Shown: positions 49,319-59,751 of the stretch, one piece after another
How the letters are laid out: the number at the start of each line of letters is the position of its first letter
How positions within the stretch are numbered: position 1 is the first letter of the stretch
Assembly (NCBI GenBank): GCA_963767925.1
Contig: CAVYGB010000002.1
Span: forward strand, 1,472,001-1,536,000
DNA length: 64,000 nucleotides
Reading direction: 5' to 3'
Source: an uncultured delta proteobacterium
Lineage (GTDB): Bacteria > Myxococcota_A > Polyangia > Fen-1088
Notes under the pieces: generated by a model
What the model was told of the DNA's origin: nothing
The model's input: the letters and a program-made list of their open reading frames with translations, nothing else
Database searches by the model: none
Made by a program: the position numbers and the translations under genes

Positions 49319-50351
49319 TGCCGGCGACGGTGGCCATCGAGGCGGCGACGAGCTTGAGGATGCGGGTCATGGTGTCGAAGTTGATGACGTCGACCGTGTC
49401 GGCGGGCGTGTGGCGCATCGGGAAGTAGCGGGACTCGAAGACGAAGCCGGTGTCGTAGCCCTGCCGGAAGAACGAACAGTCGTCGGAGGAGTTGCAGCCG
49501 TCGGTGCTGGCCCGGCTCGGCGTGAGGCCGATCTGATAGGTCCGCTCGGTCTGGCCGAGCAGGTCGAAGATGGCGGGGACCGCGGTGAAGAGCTGGACGC
49601 GCTTCCGGTTGTCCGGGTCGTGGCCGATCATGTCCATGTTGAGGAAGAACTTCAGGCAGCTCTTGGGCGGGCAGGCCATCGCCAGGTTCCGGGCGTAGTA
49701 GGTCGACCCCACCAGGCCGTTCTCCTCGGCGTCGAACAGCACGAAGCGCAGCTCGGCCGCGAAGCTGTAGTGCCCCAGCGCGCGCGCCACCAGGGCGGTG
49801 CCCAGGGAGCCCGAGCCGTTGTCGTCCATCCCCGGCGTCCGGACCACCGAATCCAGGTGCCCGCCCACGATGTACACGCCGGCGGTCGGATCGGTCCCTG
49901 GCAGCCGGAGCTCCACGTTGCGCAGCTCGCCGCGCTCGTCGAACCGCACCTCGAGGGCCGGGGTCGAGGCGTTGACCAGCTCCTTGATCCACTCGGTGAC
50001 CCGCCGGTAGTTCTCGGTCCCGGTGGCCCGATTCGGCAGCGACAGCGCCTGCAGCATCTCCGCCAGCGCCCGCACCTCTTCCTGGTCGATGCGCCCGATC
50101 AGCTCCTCCACGAGAGGATGGGCTGCGGCTTGCGGCGCCTCCGCCCCGGTGAGGTCCATTGCTGCGTCGGCGGTTGCGGCCGCATCGGGTCCGGTCGCCT
50201 CCATTGCCCCCGGCGCCTCCGCGCTAGCGCCGTCGGAGGGCCGCGCTGCATCTGCCGTAGCCGCCGCGCTCGGTCCCCCGTCTCCATCCGAAGCACAGCC
50301 CGCCCCGGCGCCCGCGAGGGCCACCAGGACACCGACCAGGCGGACCCACAT
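49302..50351 (-). CDS. M28 family metallo-aminopeptidase lipoprotein
   Basis: GHLDS, GMDDNGSG, DAEENG, NMDMIG, HTPAD. Confidence 0.92.
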   Translation of the reverse strand: MWVRLVGVLVALAGAGAGCASDGDGGPSAAATADAARPSDGASAEAPGAMEATGPDAAATADAAMDLTGAEAPQAAAHPLVEELIGRIDQEEVRALAEMLQALSLPNRATGTENYRRVTEWIKELVNASTPALEVRFDERGELRNVELRLPGTDPTAGVYIVGGHLDSVVRTPGMDDNGSGSLGTALVARALGHYSFAAELRFVLFDAEENGLVGSTYYARNLAMACPPKSCLKFFLNMDMIGHDPDNRKRVQLFTAVPAIFDLLGQTERTYQIGLTPSRASTDGCNSSDDCSFFRQGYDTGFVFESRYFPMRHTPADTVDVINFDTMTRILKLVAASMATVAGIQDRR

Positions 50352-50524
50352 CGAAGAGCTTTTCAAGCGGCACACCGGCCCATGGAACACCTCCAGGCTG
50401 GCACGATGCCAACCTCATCACGGGGCCATGTGAACCGTCCTTCTACCACGCGCCCGCCCCCGCCTACCCGTGCTCCCGGCTCCGGTGGCCCGGTAACTCG
50501 GCATGGCGGCGTGACCTTCGCTAA

Positions 50525-50842
50525 GAGCGCGCCGCAGAAACCTGTGGAAATCTGCGGTGGCCTTGGACGTGAGATACGGAGATCGGTACGCGTGGTCGTG
50601 TGCGAGCCCGTGTTCGTGTTCGAGTTCGTGTGAGGCTAGCGGTTGGCGGTTCTCGTGCGCGGAAATTCCGCTGGCCGAGGCCCGCGAGCCGAGACACGCG
50701 CACCACACACGAACTCGAACTCGAACACGCGCTCGACCACGACCACGACAGCCGCGGCAGTGATTTCGTTCACCTCGCCTGCGCCCTGATTGCCTTCAAC
50801 GCTGCGTCTCGTGCGTAATTCGCAGGTTTCTGCGGCTCGCTC
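50525..50842 (+). mobile_element. Non-autonomous IS5-family derivative (MITE), 318 bp
   Basis: 20-bp TIRs GAGCG(C/A)GCCGCAGAAACCTG (19/20 match), TAA on both flanks, residual transposase-like C-terminus FVHLACALIAF. Confidence 0.8.
50591..50747. repeat. 42-bp inverted repeat nested in the MITE
   Basis: 50591-50632 pairs with 50706-50747 with 4 mismatches. Confidence 0.85.
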
Positions 50843-50974
50843 TAAACGCGGCGCAGCCCGAAGCACCTCGGCACGGCGCCAGGTCCTTCGCTCGAAGCGG
50901 CCTAGGATGTCGCTGCCTGGCATGGCGACCGGTCTTTCGTTCGGGTAGCGGTTGTTGTCTCCGCTCCGTGAATT

Positions 50975-51215
50975 CCGGCGGGGGGGCGCGGGGAGGGGGG
51001 GATGTCCCTGGCGGGGGACGGCCGCTCACGCGCGGCTGGGGGGAACCTCACGGGCCTCGGCGGGGGCTGGCGCTCGGGAGATCGTGGGGGGCCTCGCGGG
51101 GGCGCGCGGCCTCGACTCGCGCCAAGGCAACCGCCGCAGACGGCGGTGCAGGCGCTCCACGCCCCCGCCAGAGACATCCCCCCTCCCGGTGCACTGGGGT
51201 GGCTTACATTTTCTC
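50975..51215 (+). repeat. ~240-bp dispersed element with ~26-bp internal inverted ends, copy 1
   Basis: GGGAGGGGGGGATGTCCCTGGCGGGGG ... CCCCCGCCAGAGACATCCCCCCTCCC; second copy inverted at 55284-55528. Confidence 0.85.
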
Positions 51216-51526
51216 CACTACCGGCGGGGGGCGGCCTCTGCTGCGGGCGGGAGGTGGCAAACAGGCAGCATGGCCCTCGCCATCACCTCTCCCCGGCGGT
51301 CTGCCGTGGGGAGCGGTCGGTGCGGCTGCGTGCCGGGGGCGCTCGACCCGGCACTGCAAGGAAGGCCTCTCCTCGAAGGGGGTGCGGGAGGGGCCGGCTG
51401 CCGCGGGGCGAAGTGAGCTGCGGCGGCGTGGGGGGCGTGTCGAGCTTGTGACGGGCCCGTACTTGAAAAGGGCGAAACTTTTTTGGTTGAACCTCACGTG
51501 GCGTGAGGGCCTAGGGTTGGGGGGTC

Positions 51527-52216
51527 ATGTCGGCGCGGTTGAAAGAACGGGGTGGGGGGGCTTCTGCGCGGGGGGGAGCTGATCTACTGGAGGGGGAGCG
51601 GGAGGTGCTGGCGCCGGAGGAGCGGGGGCAGCTTCTTGAGAGTGGGTGGGTCGTGTTGCGGGGGGTGTTGACGCTGGGGGAGGTGGATGGGTTGAACGCG
51701 GCCTGGGATCGCGCGGCGGCGGGGCCGCAGGATCGCGTTGCGGAGGGGAACTGGGGGCCGCGGCTGGGGGAGGATCCGGCGTTTGCTGGGTGCTTGCGGC
51801 ATCCGCGGGTGCTGGCGGCGGCGCGGGTGTTGCTCGGGCCGGAGATCCGGGTGACGGGGTGCCACGGGCGATCGCCGCCGCTCGGGCACGGCGGGCAGGG
51901 GCTGCACGTCGACTGGCCGGGGGTCTTGCGGCCGGATGAGCACCGGCTGGCGAACGCGTTCTGGGTGCTCGATGGGATGGACGCCAGCAACGGCGCCACC
52001 CGGATCGTCCCCGGCAGCCACCGCTGGGCCCAGGTCCCGCGCGGTACGCTCGCCCAGCCCCACGGCACCCACCCGGCCGAGCGCTCGGTCGAAGCGAGCC
52101 CCGGCGACGTCCTCGTCTTCAGCGCCCACCTCTGGCACGCGGGCGCCCAGAACCGCTCCGGCCACCGCCGCCGCCTGGTGCTCATGCCGATCGAGCGCAT
52201 CCGAGGGCGTCGGTGA
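51527..52216 (+). CDS. Phytanoyl-CoA dioxygenase (PhyH) family Fe/2OG enzyme
   Basis: LHVD, NGATRIVPGSH, GDVLVF...LWHAG..N.S..RR. Start uncertain. Confidence 0.85.
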   Translation: MSARLKERGGGASARGGADLLEGEREVLAPEERGQLLESGWVVLRGVLTLGEVDGLNAAWDRAAAGPQDRVAEGNWGPRLGEDPAFAGCLRHPRVLAAARVLLGPEIRVTGCHGRSPPLGHGGQGLHVDWPGVLRPDEHRLANAFWVLDGMDASNGATRIVPGSHRWAQVPRGTLAQPHGTHPAERSVEASPGDVLVFSAHLWHAGAQNRSGHRRRLVLMPIERIRGRR

Positions 52217-52359
52217 GTCGCTCCTCACCGACCGGCGTCTCCAGCGGGCCGCCGAGGCCCGACTGAATACCCGCCTCGCCCCCGGCGCACGAGCGGCAAT
52301 GAGGTTCATCCCACGCGGGGAGGTCGCCTCTGCCCGCCCGGGCCAGCTCATCACCCAAC

Positions 52360-52721
52360 AGCCATCGGCCAACAGCCATCGGCCATCAGCCCATCGGCCA
52401 TCGGCCATCAGCTCGGCCATCGGCCATCGGCCATCAGCCCATCGGCCATCGGCCATCAGCCCATCGGCCATCGGCCATCGGCCATCGGCTATCGGCCATC
52501 GGCCATCAGCCCATCGGCCATCGGCCATCGGCCATCGGCCATCGGCCATCAGCCCATCAGCCCATCGGCCATCGGCCATCAGCCCATCGGCCATCGGCCA
52601 TCGGCCATCGGCCATCGGCCATCGGCCCATCAGCCCATCAGCCCATCAGCCCATCAGCCCATCAGCCCATCAGCCCATCAGGCCCATCAGCCCATCAGGC
52701 CCATCAGCCCATCAGGCCCAT
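52360..52721. repeat. 7-9 bp simple tandem repeat (CCATCGG / CCATCAGC / CCATCAGGC)
   Basis: ~360 bp array. Confidence 0.95.
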
Positions 52722-52853
52722 CACCTCTCCCCGCGGTCTGCCGAGGGGAGAGGTCGGCGCGTCTGCGCGCCGGGTGAGGGGCCTCCGGCGTGGCAACCTC
52801 CCCTCACCCTCACCCTCTCCCCACGGAGGACCGCGGGGAGAGGGCAAACAGGC
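52722..52853. repeat. REP-like composite element, copy B
   Basis: Near-identical to 37258..37395; degenerate third copy at ~51283-51340. Confidence 0.85.
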
Positions 52854-53045
52854 AGTGGGGTGACCGAAGCGGGTCCACGAGGGTTCCGACTGCCGGCGTG
52901 ACCTGGTTCCGGACGCGCTGCCAGCGTCGGGCCGCGGGTGCGATTCCGTCCGACAGCGGCGGGGGGCCCGCCATTCGCGGGTAACCCAGCGGCTGGCCAC
53001 GCGGGGGTGGCGCTCCTGGTCCAGGTCGGTCAACGTCTGGGGCTC

Positions 53046-54986
53046 GTGACTCCGGATCCCCGCGACAAGTCTCCCCTTCCCGCCTCGTCCGAGGCCACGC
53101 CGACCAGCCCTTCTGCGTCCGCGCCGCCTCCAAGCGCGGCGAACCCTGCTTCCACCAACGGCAACCCTGCCGCCGGGGTGGGGGGGGTGCCGGTGTTGCC
53201 GGATTTGCCGACGCGGCCGCCGCCGCCGCGGGTGTTCAAGTTGCCGTCGCGGCTTTCGGTGAAGCGGCTGGTGGCGCTGGCCAGGCCGGAGTGGCCGCGG
53301 CTGGCGCTGGGTACGTTTTTCTTGCTCATCGGTAGCGCGGCCAGCCTGGTCTACCCGCAGGGGATCCGGGTGGTGATCGATGGGGCGCTCAACGGGACCA
53401 GCACGGCGACCATCGACCGGGTGGCGCTCGGCATGGCGGCGGTGTCGCTGGTGTTCGGCGTGTCGATCGCCCTGCGCTTCGTGCTGTTCACGGTGGCGGG
53501 CGAGCGGGTCGTGTCGCGCCTGCGCGAGCAGCTCTATCGATCGATCATCGACCAGGAGATCGGCTTCTTCGATGCCCGCCGCACCGGGGAGCTGACCAGC
53601 CGCCTCTCGGGCGACACCGGCGTCCTGCAGAGCGCGGTCAGCGTGAACGTGTCGATGGCCCTGCGCAGCGGGGCCCAGGCGGCCGGCGGCGTGGCGCTGC
53701 TATTTTACACCTCGCCGGTGCTCACCGCGCTGATGCTCTCGGTGGTCCCCGCGGTCGCCATGGGGGCGGTGTTCTACGGTCGGCGGGTGCGCCGCCTCGC
53801 CCGCGACGTGCAGGACGCCCTCGCGGTGGCCGGCGAGATCGCCGAGGAGAGCATCGCCAGCGTGCGCACCGTCCGCTCCTTCGCCGCCGAGGAGATCGAG
53901 AGCCGGCGCTACGGCGCGGCCATCGCCCGCGCCCTGGGACTGGCCAAGCGCCGCATCCACGCCGGCGCGGCCTTCATGTCGGTGGCCTCCTTCGCCAGCT
54001 ACGCCGCCGCCGTGCTGGTGTTCTGGTACGGCGGCCGCCTGGTCGTGCAGGGGCAGATGACGGTCGGCGCGCTGACCTCCTTCCTCGTCTACACCCTGAT
54101 CGTCGCCTTCGCCCTCGGTGGCCTGGCCGACCTGTGGGCCGACTTCATGCGCGCCACCGGCGCCGCCGAGCGGGTGTTCGAGCTGATCGACCGGGAGCCC
54201 GCCATCGCCCCCCGCGGCGGCGCGATCCTCCCCGGCACCCCCGTCGGCAAGGTCGAGCTGGCGAAGGTCCGCTTCGCCTACCCCACCCGCCCCGACGTCG
54301 GCGTGCTCGAGGGCCTCGACCTGCTGCTGGCCCCCGGGCAGGTGGTGGCGGTGGTGGGCCCCTCCGGCGCCGGCAAGTCGACCATCGCCGGCCTCATCGC
54401 CCGCTTCTACGATCCGCAAGAGGGCCAGGTCCGCTTCGACGACCACGACGTGCGCACCCTCGACCCCCACTGGCTGCGCCGCCAGATCGGCACCGTGGCC
54501 CAGGAGCCGGTGCTCTTCTCCACCTCGATCTCCGAGAACATCCGCTACGGCCGCCCCGAGGCCACCGCCGCCGAGATCGAGGTCGCCAGCCGGGCCGCCA
54601 ACGTGCACGGCTTCGTCACCGCCTTGCCCCAGGGCTACGACACCCAGGTCGGCGAGCGCGGCATCCAGCTCTCCGGCGGCCAGAAGCAACGGGTGGCCAT
54701 CGCCCGCGCCGTCCTCAAGGACCCCCGCCTGCTGATCCTCGACGAGGCCACCAGCGCCCTCGACGCCGAGAGCGAGCACCTGGTCAAGGAGGCCCTCGAC
54801 CGCCTCATGTCCGGCCGCACCACGCTGATCATCGCCCACCGCCTGTCGACCGTGATGGGCGCCGACCGCGTCGTCGTCCTCGACGGCGGCAAGATCGTCC
54901 AGACCGGCCCCCACGCCCGCCTCATCAAAGAAGAAGGCCTCTACCGCCGCCTGGTCGAACGCCAGTTCGCCCGCGACGTCGCCTGA
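53046..54986 (+). CDS. ABCB-type ABC exporter (TMD+NBD)
   Basis: FFD.RRTGELTSRL, GPSGAGKST, LSGGQKQR, LDEATSALD. Start uncertain. Confidence 0.95.
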   Translation: MTPDPRDKSPLPASSEATPTSPSASAPPPSAANPASTNGNPAAGVGGVPVLPDLPTRPPPPRVFKLPSRLSVKRLVALARPEWPRLALGTFFLLIGSAASLVYPQGIRVVIDGALNGTSTATIDRVALGMAAVSLVFGVSIALRFVLFTVAGERVVSRLREQLYRSIIDQEIGFFDARRTGELTSRLSGDTGVLQSAVSVNVSMALRSGAQAAGGVALLFYTSPVLTALMLSVVPAVAMGAVFYGRRVRRLARDVQDALAVAGEIAEESIASVRTVRSFAAEEIESRRYGAAIARALGLAKRRIHAGAAFMSVASFASYAAAVLVFWYGGRLVVQGQMTVGALTSFLVYTLIVAFALGGLADLWADFMRATGAAERVFELIDREPAIAPRGGAILPGTPVGKVELAKVRFAYPTRPDVGVLEGLDLLLAPGQVVAVVGPSGAGKSTIAGLIARFYDPQEGQVRFDDHDVRTLDPHWLRRQIGTVAQEPVLFSTSISENIRYGRPEATAAEIEVASRAANVHGFVTALPQGYDTQVGERGIQLSGGQKQRVAIARAVLKDPRLLILDEATSALDAESEHLVKEALDRLMSGRTTLIIAHRLSTVMGADRVVVLDGGKIVQTGPHARLIKEEGLYRRLVERQFARDVA

Positions 54987-55283
54987 CCCGCGCCCCCGGC
55001 GCCCGATAGAGGTAGCGCCCGCCCCGAGAGAGGACCCGCCCAGCGAGGTCCCGCTCACAGCGGAGAAGAGGCGCGCCAGAGCGCACGGCCGCTCGGTTGC
55101 TTCCCCTGCTATGGAAATCGGGCCGTAACCGCCCGAGATCAATCTCGGCGGTCCCGAGCGCGATGGCGCAGTCGATCCGGTCCGATCCGCTACAAGCACC
55201 CAGCGAGGTTCCCGTCCGGCACGGGAACAGATGAAGGCCTCCAGCCACAAAGGCCGAACACGTCGGGCAAGCCCGTTCGCAGC

Positions 55284-55528
55284 GGAGAAAATGTGGGCCA
55301 CCCCGGGGCGCGGGGAGGGGGGATGTCTCTGGCGGGGGCGTGGAGCGCCTGCACCGCCGTCTGCGGCGGTTGCCAAGGCGCGAGTCGAGGCCGCGCGCCC
55401 CCGCCAGGCCCCCCACGATCTCCCAGCGCCAGCCCCCGCCGCAGGCCCGTGAGGTTCCCCCCGCCCGCGCGTGAGCGGCCGTCCCCCGCCAGGGACATCC
55501 CCCCCTCCCCGCGCCCCCCCCCCGCCGG
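55284..55528 (-). repeat. ~240-bp dispersed element, copy 2 (inverted)
   Basis: Reverse complement of 50975-51215 with few differences. Confidence 0.85.
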
Positions 55529-55557
55529 AAAGCACGGAGCGCCCCCAACCCCCGCCC

Positions 55558-57968
55558 TCAGATTCTGCATGCCGACCACGAAGCCGGGGAACATCCGCAC
55601 CTGCTCCGAGCCCGCGTCGATGTTCCACTCGAGCTGGCCCAGCCCGGGCCGGTCGGTCTCGCCCCGGTCGGAGACGTGCACGTTGAACGTGGGCCCCCCG
55701 AACACCGCCAGGTGCCGCTGGATTCTGGTACCCCACCATCAGGCGGGCGGTGTTGATGCCGCTCGAGCTCCAGCGCTGGGTCGTCCCGGTCGAGGCGGTC
55801 CCCAGGTCGAAGTCGACGAACAGCCGCTCGCCCTGGGGCAGCAGGTGCACGCCGATCGCCCCCTGGGCGTTCATCCGGGTGCGGTCGTCCTCGGTGCGCC
55901 CCACCCCGAAGCCGAGCTGGGTGTACACCCAGCGCCCGCCCAGCTTGAAGCCGATGTTGGCCGGCGACAGGTCGCTGGCCCACACCTGCAGCCCGTAGTA
56001 GCCGTCGCGGATGAAGTTGAGGACCCCGATCGGCGCCGCGCTCGAGTTGGCCACGTTGATCACGCCGATCTGCGTGCCGTCGACCCGGTCGGCGATGTTG
56101 ATCACCCCGATCTGGGCTCCCGAGACCGCCCCGCCCACGTTGAGCACGCCCACCTGCAACCCCTGCAGCCCCCCGCGGGCGAAGCTGCCCACGCCCACCT
56201 GCAGGCCGCGCAGCCCGCGGTTGTAGGCGGCCACGCCCACCTGCAGCCCCTCGACCTTGCCGTTCACCCAGCCGGCGGTCGCCACCTGGAACCCGCGCAG
56301 GTTGCCGCCGATCGCGCTCGCCACGCCCACCTGGGCGCCCCGGGCGTTGCCCGCGACGTAATCGATGAGGCCGACCTGCAGCCCCCACAGGTCCCCCCCG
56401 ACGACGTTGGCGAAGGCGCCCACCTGCAGCCCGTGCATGGAGCGGTCGACCCGGTTGGCCCCGGCCGCCACCTGCAGCCCGTGCATGTCCCCGCCCACCC
56501 CGTTGTAGCCGGCGCCCACCTGCAGGCCCCACATCTGCCCCTCGACCGTGTTGGCCCCGGCGGCGACCTGCAGCCCGTGGCCGTCTTCACCAACCCGGTT
56601 GGCCCCCACCGTGATCTGCATGCCGTGCATGCCGTGCTCGACCGTGTTGGCGGCCAGCGACAGGTGCATCCCGTGCAGGGCGTGCGAGTGCCCCACCACC
56701 CCCAGCACGAAGTTGTTGAGCACCAGCTCGTTGGCCCGCCCGCCCGTGCGCAGCGGCGGCCCCAGCATCAGCTCGAAGGGGACGTGGTGGTAATTCCGCG
56801 GCGCGATCGAGGCGGCCGCCAGGTCGGCGCTGCCCGGCGCCCCCGGCGGCACCGCCGGCCCCCCGCGGGTGGCGGCGACGAGCGGCGTCGTCGCGCTGAA
56901 CTGCGCGCGGGTCAGGCGGGCGGTCTTGCCGTTCTCCAGCGTCACCGCCGCCTCGAACGGGCGCCCGTCGGCGTCGAGGAACACCCGGTACCTGCCCGGC
57001 CCCAGGCCCAGCTCCACCGGATAAAGCGGCTCCTTGCGCAGCTCCACCAGCAACCGGCCGCTGGCGTCGCGCACGTAGATGCGCCCCGCCACCGTCTCGT
57101 CGATCAGCAGCCCGGCCCCGGTCGCCCGCAGGTCGGTCATCACCAGCAGATCGCCGGTCCCGGCCATCTGGATGTCGTAGTTGGCGTGCTGGGGCCCGCT
57201 CACCGTGCGCTCGGTGCGGAGCAGCGTCTCCTGGTAGGCGAACTGGTACGCCTCTCCGAGGGTGACCCGCCCGTCCCGGCTGGTGTCGGCGGCGCCGCGC
57301 AGGCCCGACAACAAATAGTGGGTGAAGAAGGCGCCCCCGACCCGGTCCGACTCCTGGGCCGCCTCGTCGGCCGCGCTGGCCGTGAGGAAGGCGTGCCCCC
57401 GCGCCGCGATCGAGGCGTCGTTGAGGAACGAGGCCCGGCGCGTGCCGCCCCGCTTGCGGATCAGCGCCCCCGAGGCGCACGAGTCGAGGATGGCGATGCG
57501 CACGTCCGCGTCCGCCTCGTTGATCCAGCGGCGCAGCTCCTCGTATTCGACCTGCTCGCGCCCGAGCAGCAGCCCCTCCTCGTTCGAGTGGCCCGAGTAA
57601 TAGATGAAGAGCTCGCGCCGGGCGTTGCCCCCCGCCGCCCCCGCCAGGGCCTCCTTCATGCGGGCGAACCCCTGCTCGAGCGAGGCCCGGGTGACCGCGG
57701 GCAGGACCACGGTGTCCTCACCCTGCAGGCCCCCCAGGCTGCGCAGCACCTCCGACACCGCCCGGGCGTCCGAGTCGGCGTAGCGCAGGCGCGGCCGCCC
57801 CGGCCCCCCGTCGTTGGTCGATGCGATGAGGGCGAACCGCCGCAGCGACGGGCCCCCCTCGGCCGGCGTCTGGGCGGCCCGGGCCCCGCCGGTCGCCAGG
57901 ACGAGCAGCAGCGCCAAGGCGGCGGTGGAGAGCGGAGCGGTGCGTGGCCGGAAAGAGCGGGTCGGCAT
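55558..57968 (-). CDS. Caspase-family (peptidase C14) protein with GLQVG..N beta-repeats and C-terminal beta-barrel-like region; two +1 frameshifts near the 3' end
   Basis: YYSGHS and ILDSCASG dyad, AQESD..GG.FFT; extra A at ~55724 and ~55564 (CAG A ATC). Confidence 0.88.
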
Positions 57969-58069
57969 GGTGGTCCTTCCTATCCCTGTCTCCCTGGTAA
58001 CACCGGGGACCGGGAAACCTGTCACCGGCTGGCTCCGGCGGCCGGACGACGCACGCCCCCCGGGGATTC

Positions 58070-58643
58070 GTTTCTGCAGGACGATCTCTCGCACGTCCAG
58101 CTCCCGGGGTAACCATCCGTGGCGCAAGGCTTCAACCACAACCTCGGTAGAGAAGGGGACGTCCCCGGTCACGAACACGAACCGCTCGAACCCCGGGGTG
58201 TCGTCGAGCTCCAGCGCCGACGGCACCGGGTGGGGCCCCTGCCCGTCGAGCGGCGCCGCCTGCCCCGGCGCCTCGGGCAGGTGCAAGGTCACCTGCCCCC
58301 GCGCGTCCACCGAGGCCACCACGCCGAAGCGCCGCCCCGCCGAGACGTAGGCCAGCTGGACCACCTCCCCCGGCCGGACCGCGCTGTGAGAGGGCAGCGG
58401 CCGCAAGGGCGCGTCCCCCTTGCGGTAGATCGCCAGCCGGGGGGCGCCGCCGCGCGCGGCCGCCAGCTCGTCGTCACTGTCGCGCTGGCGCTTGTCGCGC
58501 CGGTCGCGCTGGCGCTTGTCGTGCTGGTCGCCGGCCTCCCGGCGCGCGATGCCCGCCGCCAGCGCCGCCGCGCCCAGCACGGCGACCGCCGGCACCACCC
58601 GGATGAGCGCCTGGCGGCGCGTGCGCGGCGAACCCGTCGACAT
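58070..58643 (-). CDS. ActD/DUF4384-like membrane-anchored domain, reading in frame into the caspase gene
   Basis: TM helix, RPGEVVQLAY, SVDARGQVTLHLP, LELDDTPGFERF; no stop before 57968. Confidence 0.7.
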
Positions 58644-58842
58644 GACCCGTCTCTGAAGAAAAAACACCGGGCCGGAGAAAAGGTGTCACTCTGCCGAGCC
58701 CGCCCGCCTCCGCCCCGGCTCCCGGCCGCAGCCCGCGCGGCGCGACCGGCGCCCAAGCTCCCGGGACCCGACGCGTTTTGGGTCCAACTCCACGTCCGGG
58801 TGGGAAGGGCGCCTACCGTAGCTCCATGTTAACCTCGGGCCC

Positions 58843-59697
58843 GTGCCCCTGGTGTCGGTGCTCTGGGTCAGCGCGCTTGGCATCACCGTCGAAGGCAATA
58901 CCAAATGCCCGGAGCCCGGTGAGGTCTCCGCGCGCCTGGAGATCGTCGCGCCGGCCGCCAGCCGCACTCCGGGCAGGGCCGTCTTGATGGAGAGCGAGGG
59001 CTCGCTGCGCGTGCAGCTCCTCCGCCCCAACGGCACCGTTGTTGGCGAGCGGCTGCTCGACACCCGCTACCCGTGCCCCGATCTCGCGGACGCCGCGGCC
59101 CTCGTGCTGGCGAGCTGGCAGGGCGAGTTCGACGCCTCCCCGGTGGAGGCGCCCGCCCTCGAGGCCGCCGGCCGCCCCCTGCCGTCGCCCACCGGCCTCG
59201 CGCCGGAGCTCGGCATCGGCCTGGTCGCCGCCGGTCCCCGCCCGCTGTCGGCCGGCGGGTCGCTGTCGTTCGGGCTCAGCCGGGGTGTCTGGGGCCTCGG
59301 CGTCCGGCTCACCGCCGTCGACTTTCACCGCCAGCCCATCGGCGTCGGAGAAATTAGCTGGAACCGTTCTCCCGTCGCCCTCACCGTGCGGCGCCGGTTC
59401 AAGACCTCGAAGGGCCTCGTCTTCGGGCTCGACGCCGGCATCGCCGCCGCCGTCCTCTTCTCGCGCAGCCAGCGGCTGGAATCGAACCACGCCACCTGGA
59501 CCACCGACTTCGGCCCGACCGCCGGGGTCCAGTTCCTCTTCGACACGGGCGGACCGATCTTGCCGTTTTTGGGTATATCTACCGCCGCCTGGATCCAGCC
59601 CCGCCTGATCCAGGTCACCCCAACCGACACCCGCACCTTGCCTCAGGTGGACTCCTGGCTGGTGCTGGGGCTCTCCTGGCGGCTCGATGCATCCTGA
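58843..59697 (+). CDS. Hypothetical exported/outer-membrane protein
   Basis: N-terminal Cys pair domain, amphipathic strands, LGLSWRL end; upstream of ECF sigma. Confidence 0.7.
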   Translation: MPLVSVLWVSALGITVEGNTKCPEPGEVSARLEIVAPAASRTPGRAVLMESEGSLRVQLLRPNGTVVGERLLDTRYPCPDLADAAALVLASWQGEFDASPVEAPALEAAGRPLPSPTGLAPELGIGLVAAGPRPLSAGGSLSFGLSRGVWGLGVRLTAVDFHRQPIGVGEISWNRSPVALTVRRRFKTSKGLVFGLDAGIAAAVLFSRSQRLESNHATWTTDFGPTAGVQFLFDTGGPILPFLGISTAAWIQPRLIQVTPTDTRTLPQVDSWLVLGLSWRLDAS

Positions 59698-59751
59698 GTG
59701 CAAGGTTTCTGGCAGGCAACGGCACAGACGTGCCAGCCCGTGCGTGCCGAG

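Noticed and set aside
50396..50413. Sigma54 promoter for the M28 gene (TGGCATCGTGCCAGC, minus strand)
   Set aside because: GG-N10-GC spacing fits but the -12 element is weak and the site is equally explained as a short palindrome.
51584..52630. ORF with MADGRWP repeats
   Set aside because: Translation of a heptamer DNA repeat, antisense to the PhyH gene.
53700..55557. C-terminal part of the 1655-aa ORF
   Set aside because: Produced by the frameshift at ~55724; runs through a repeat element and antisense to the ABC gene.
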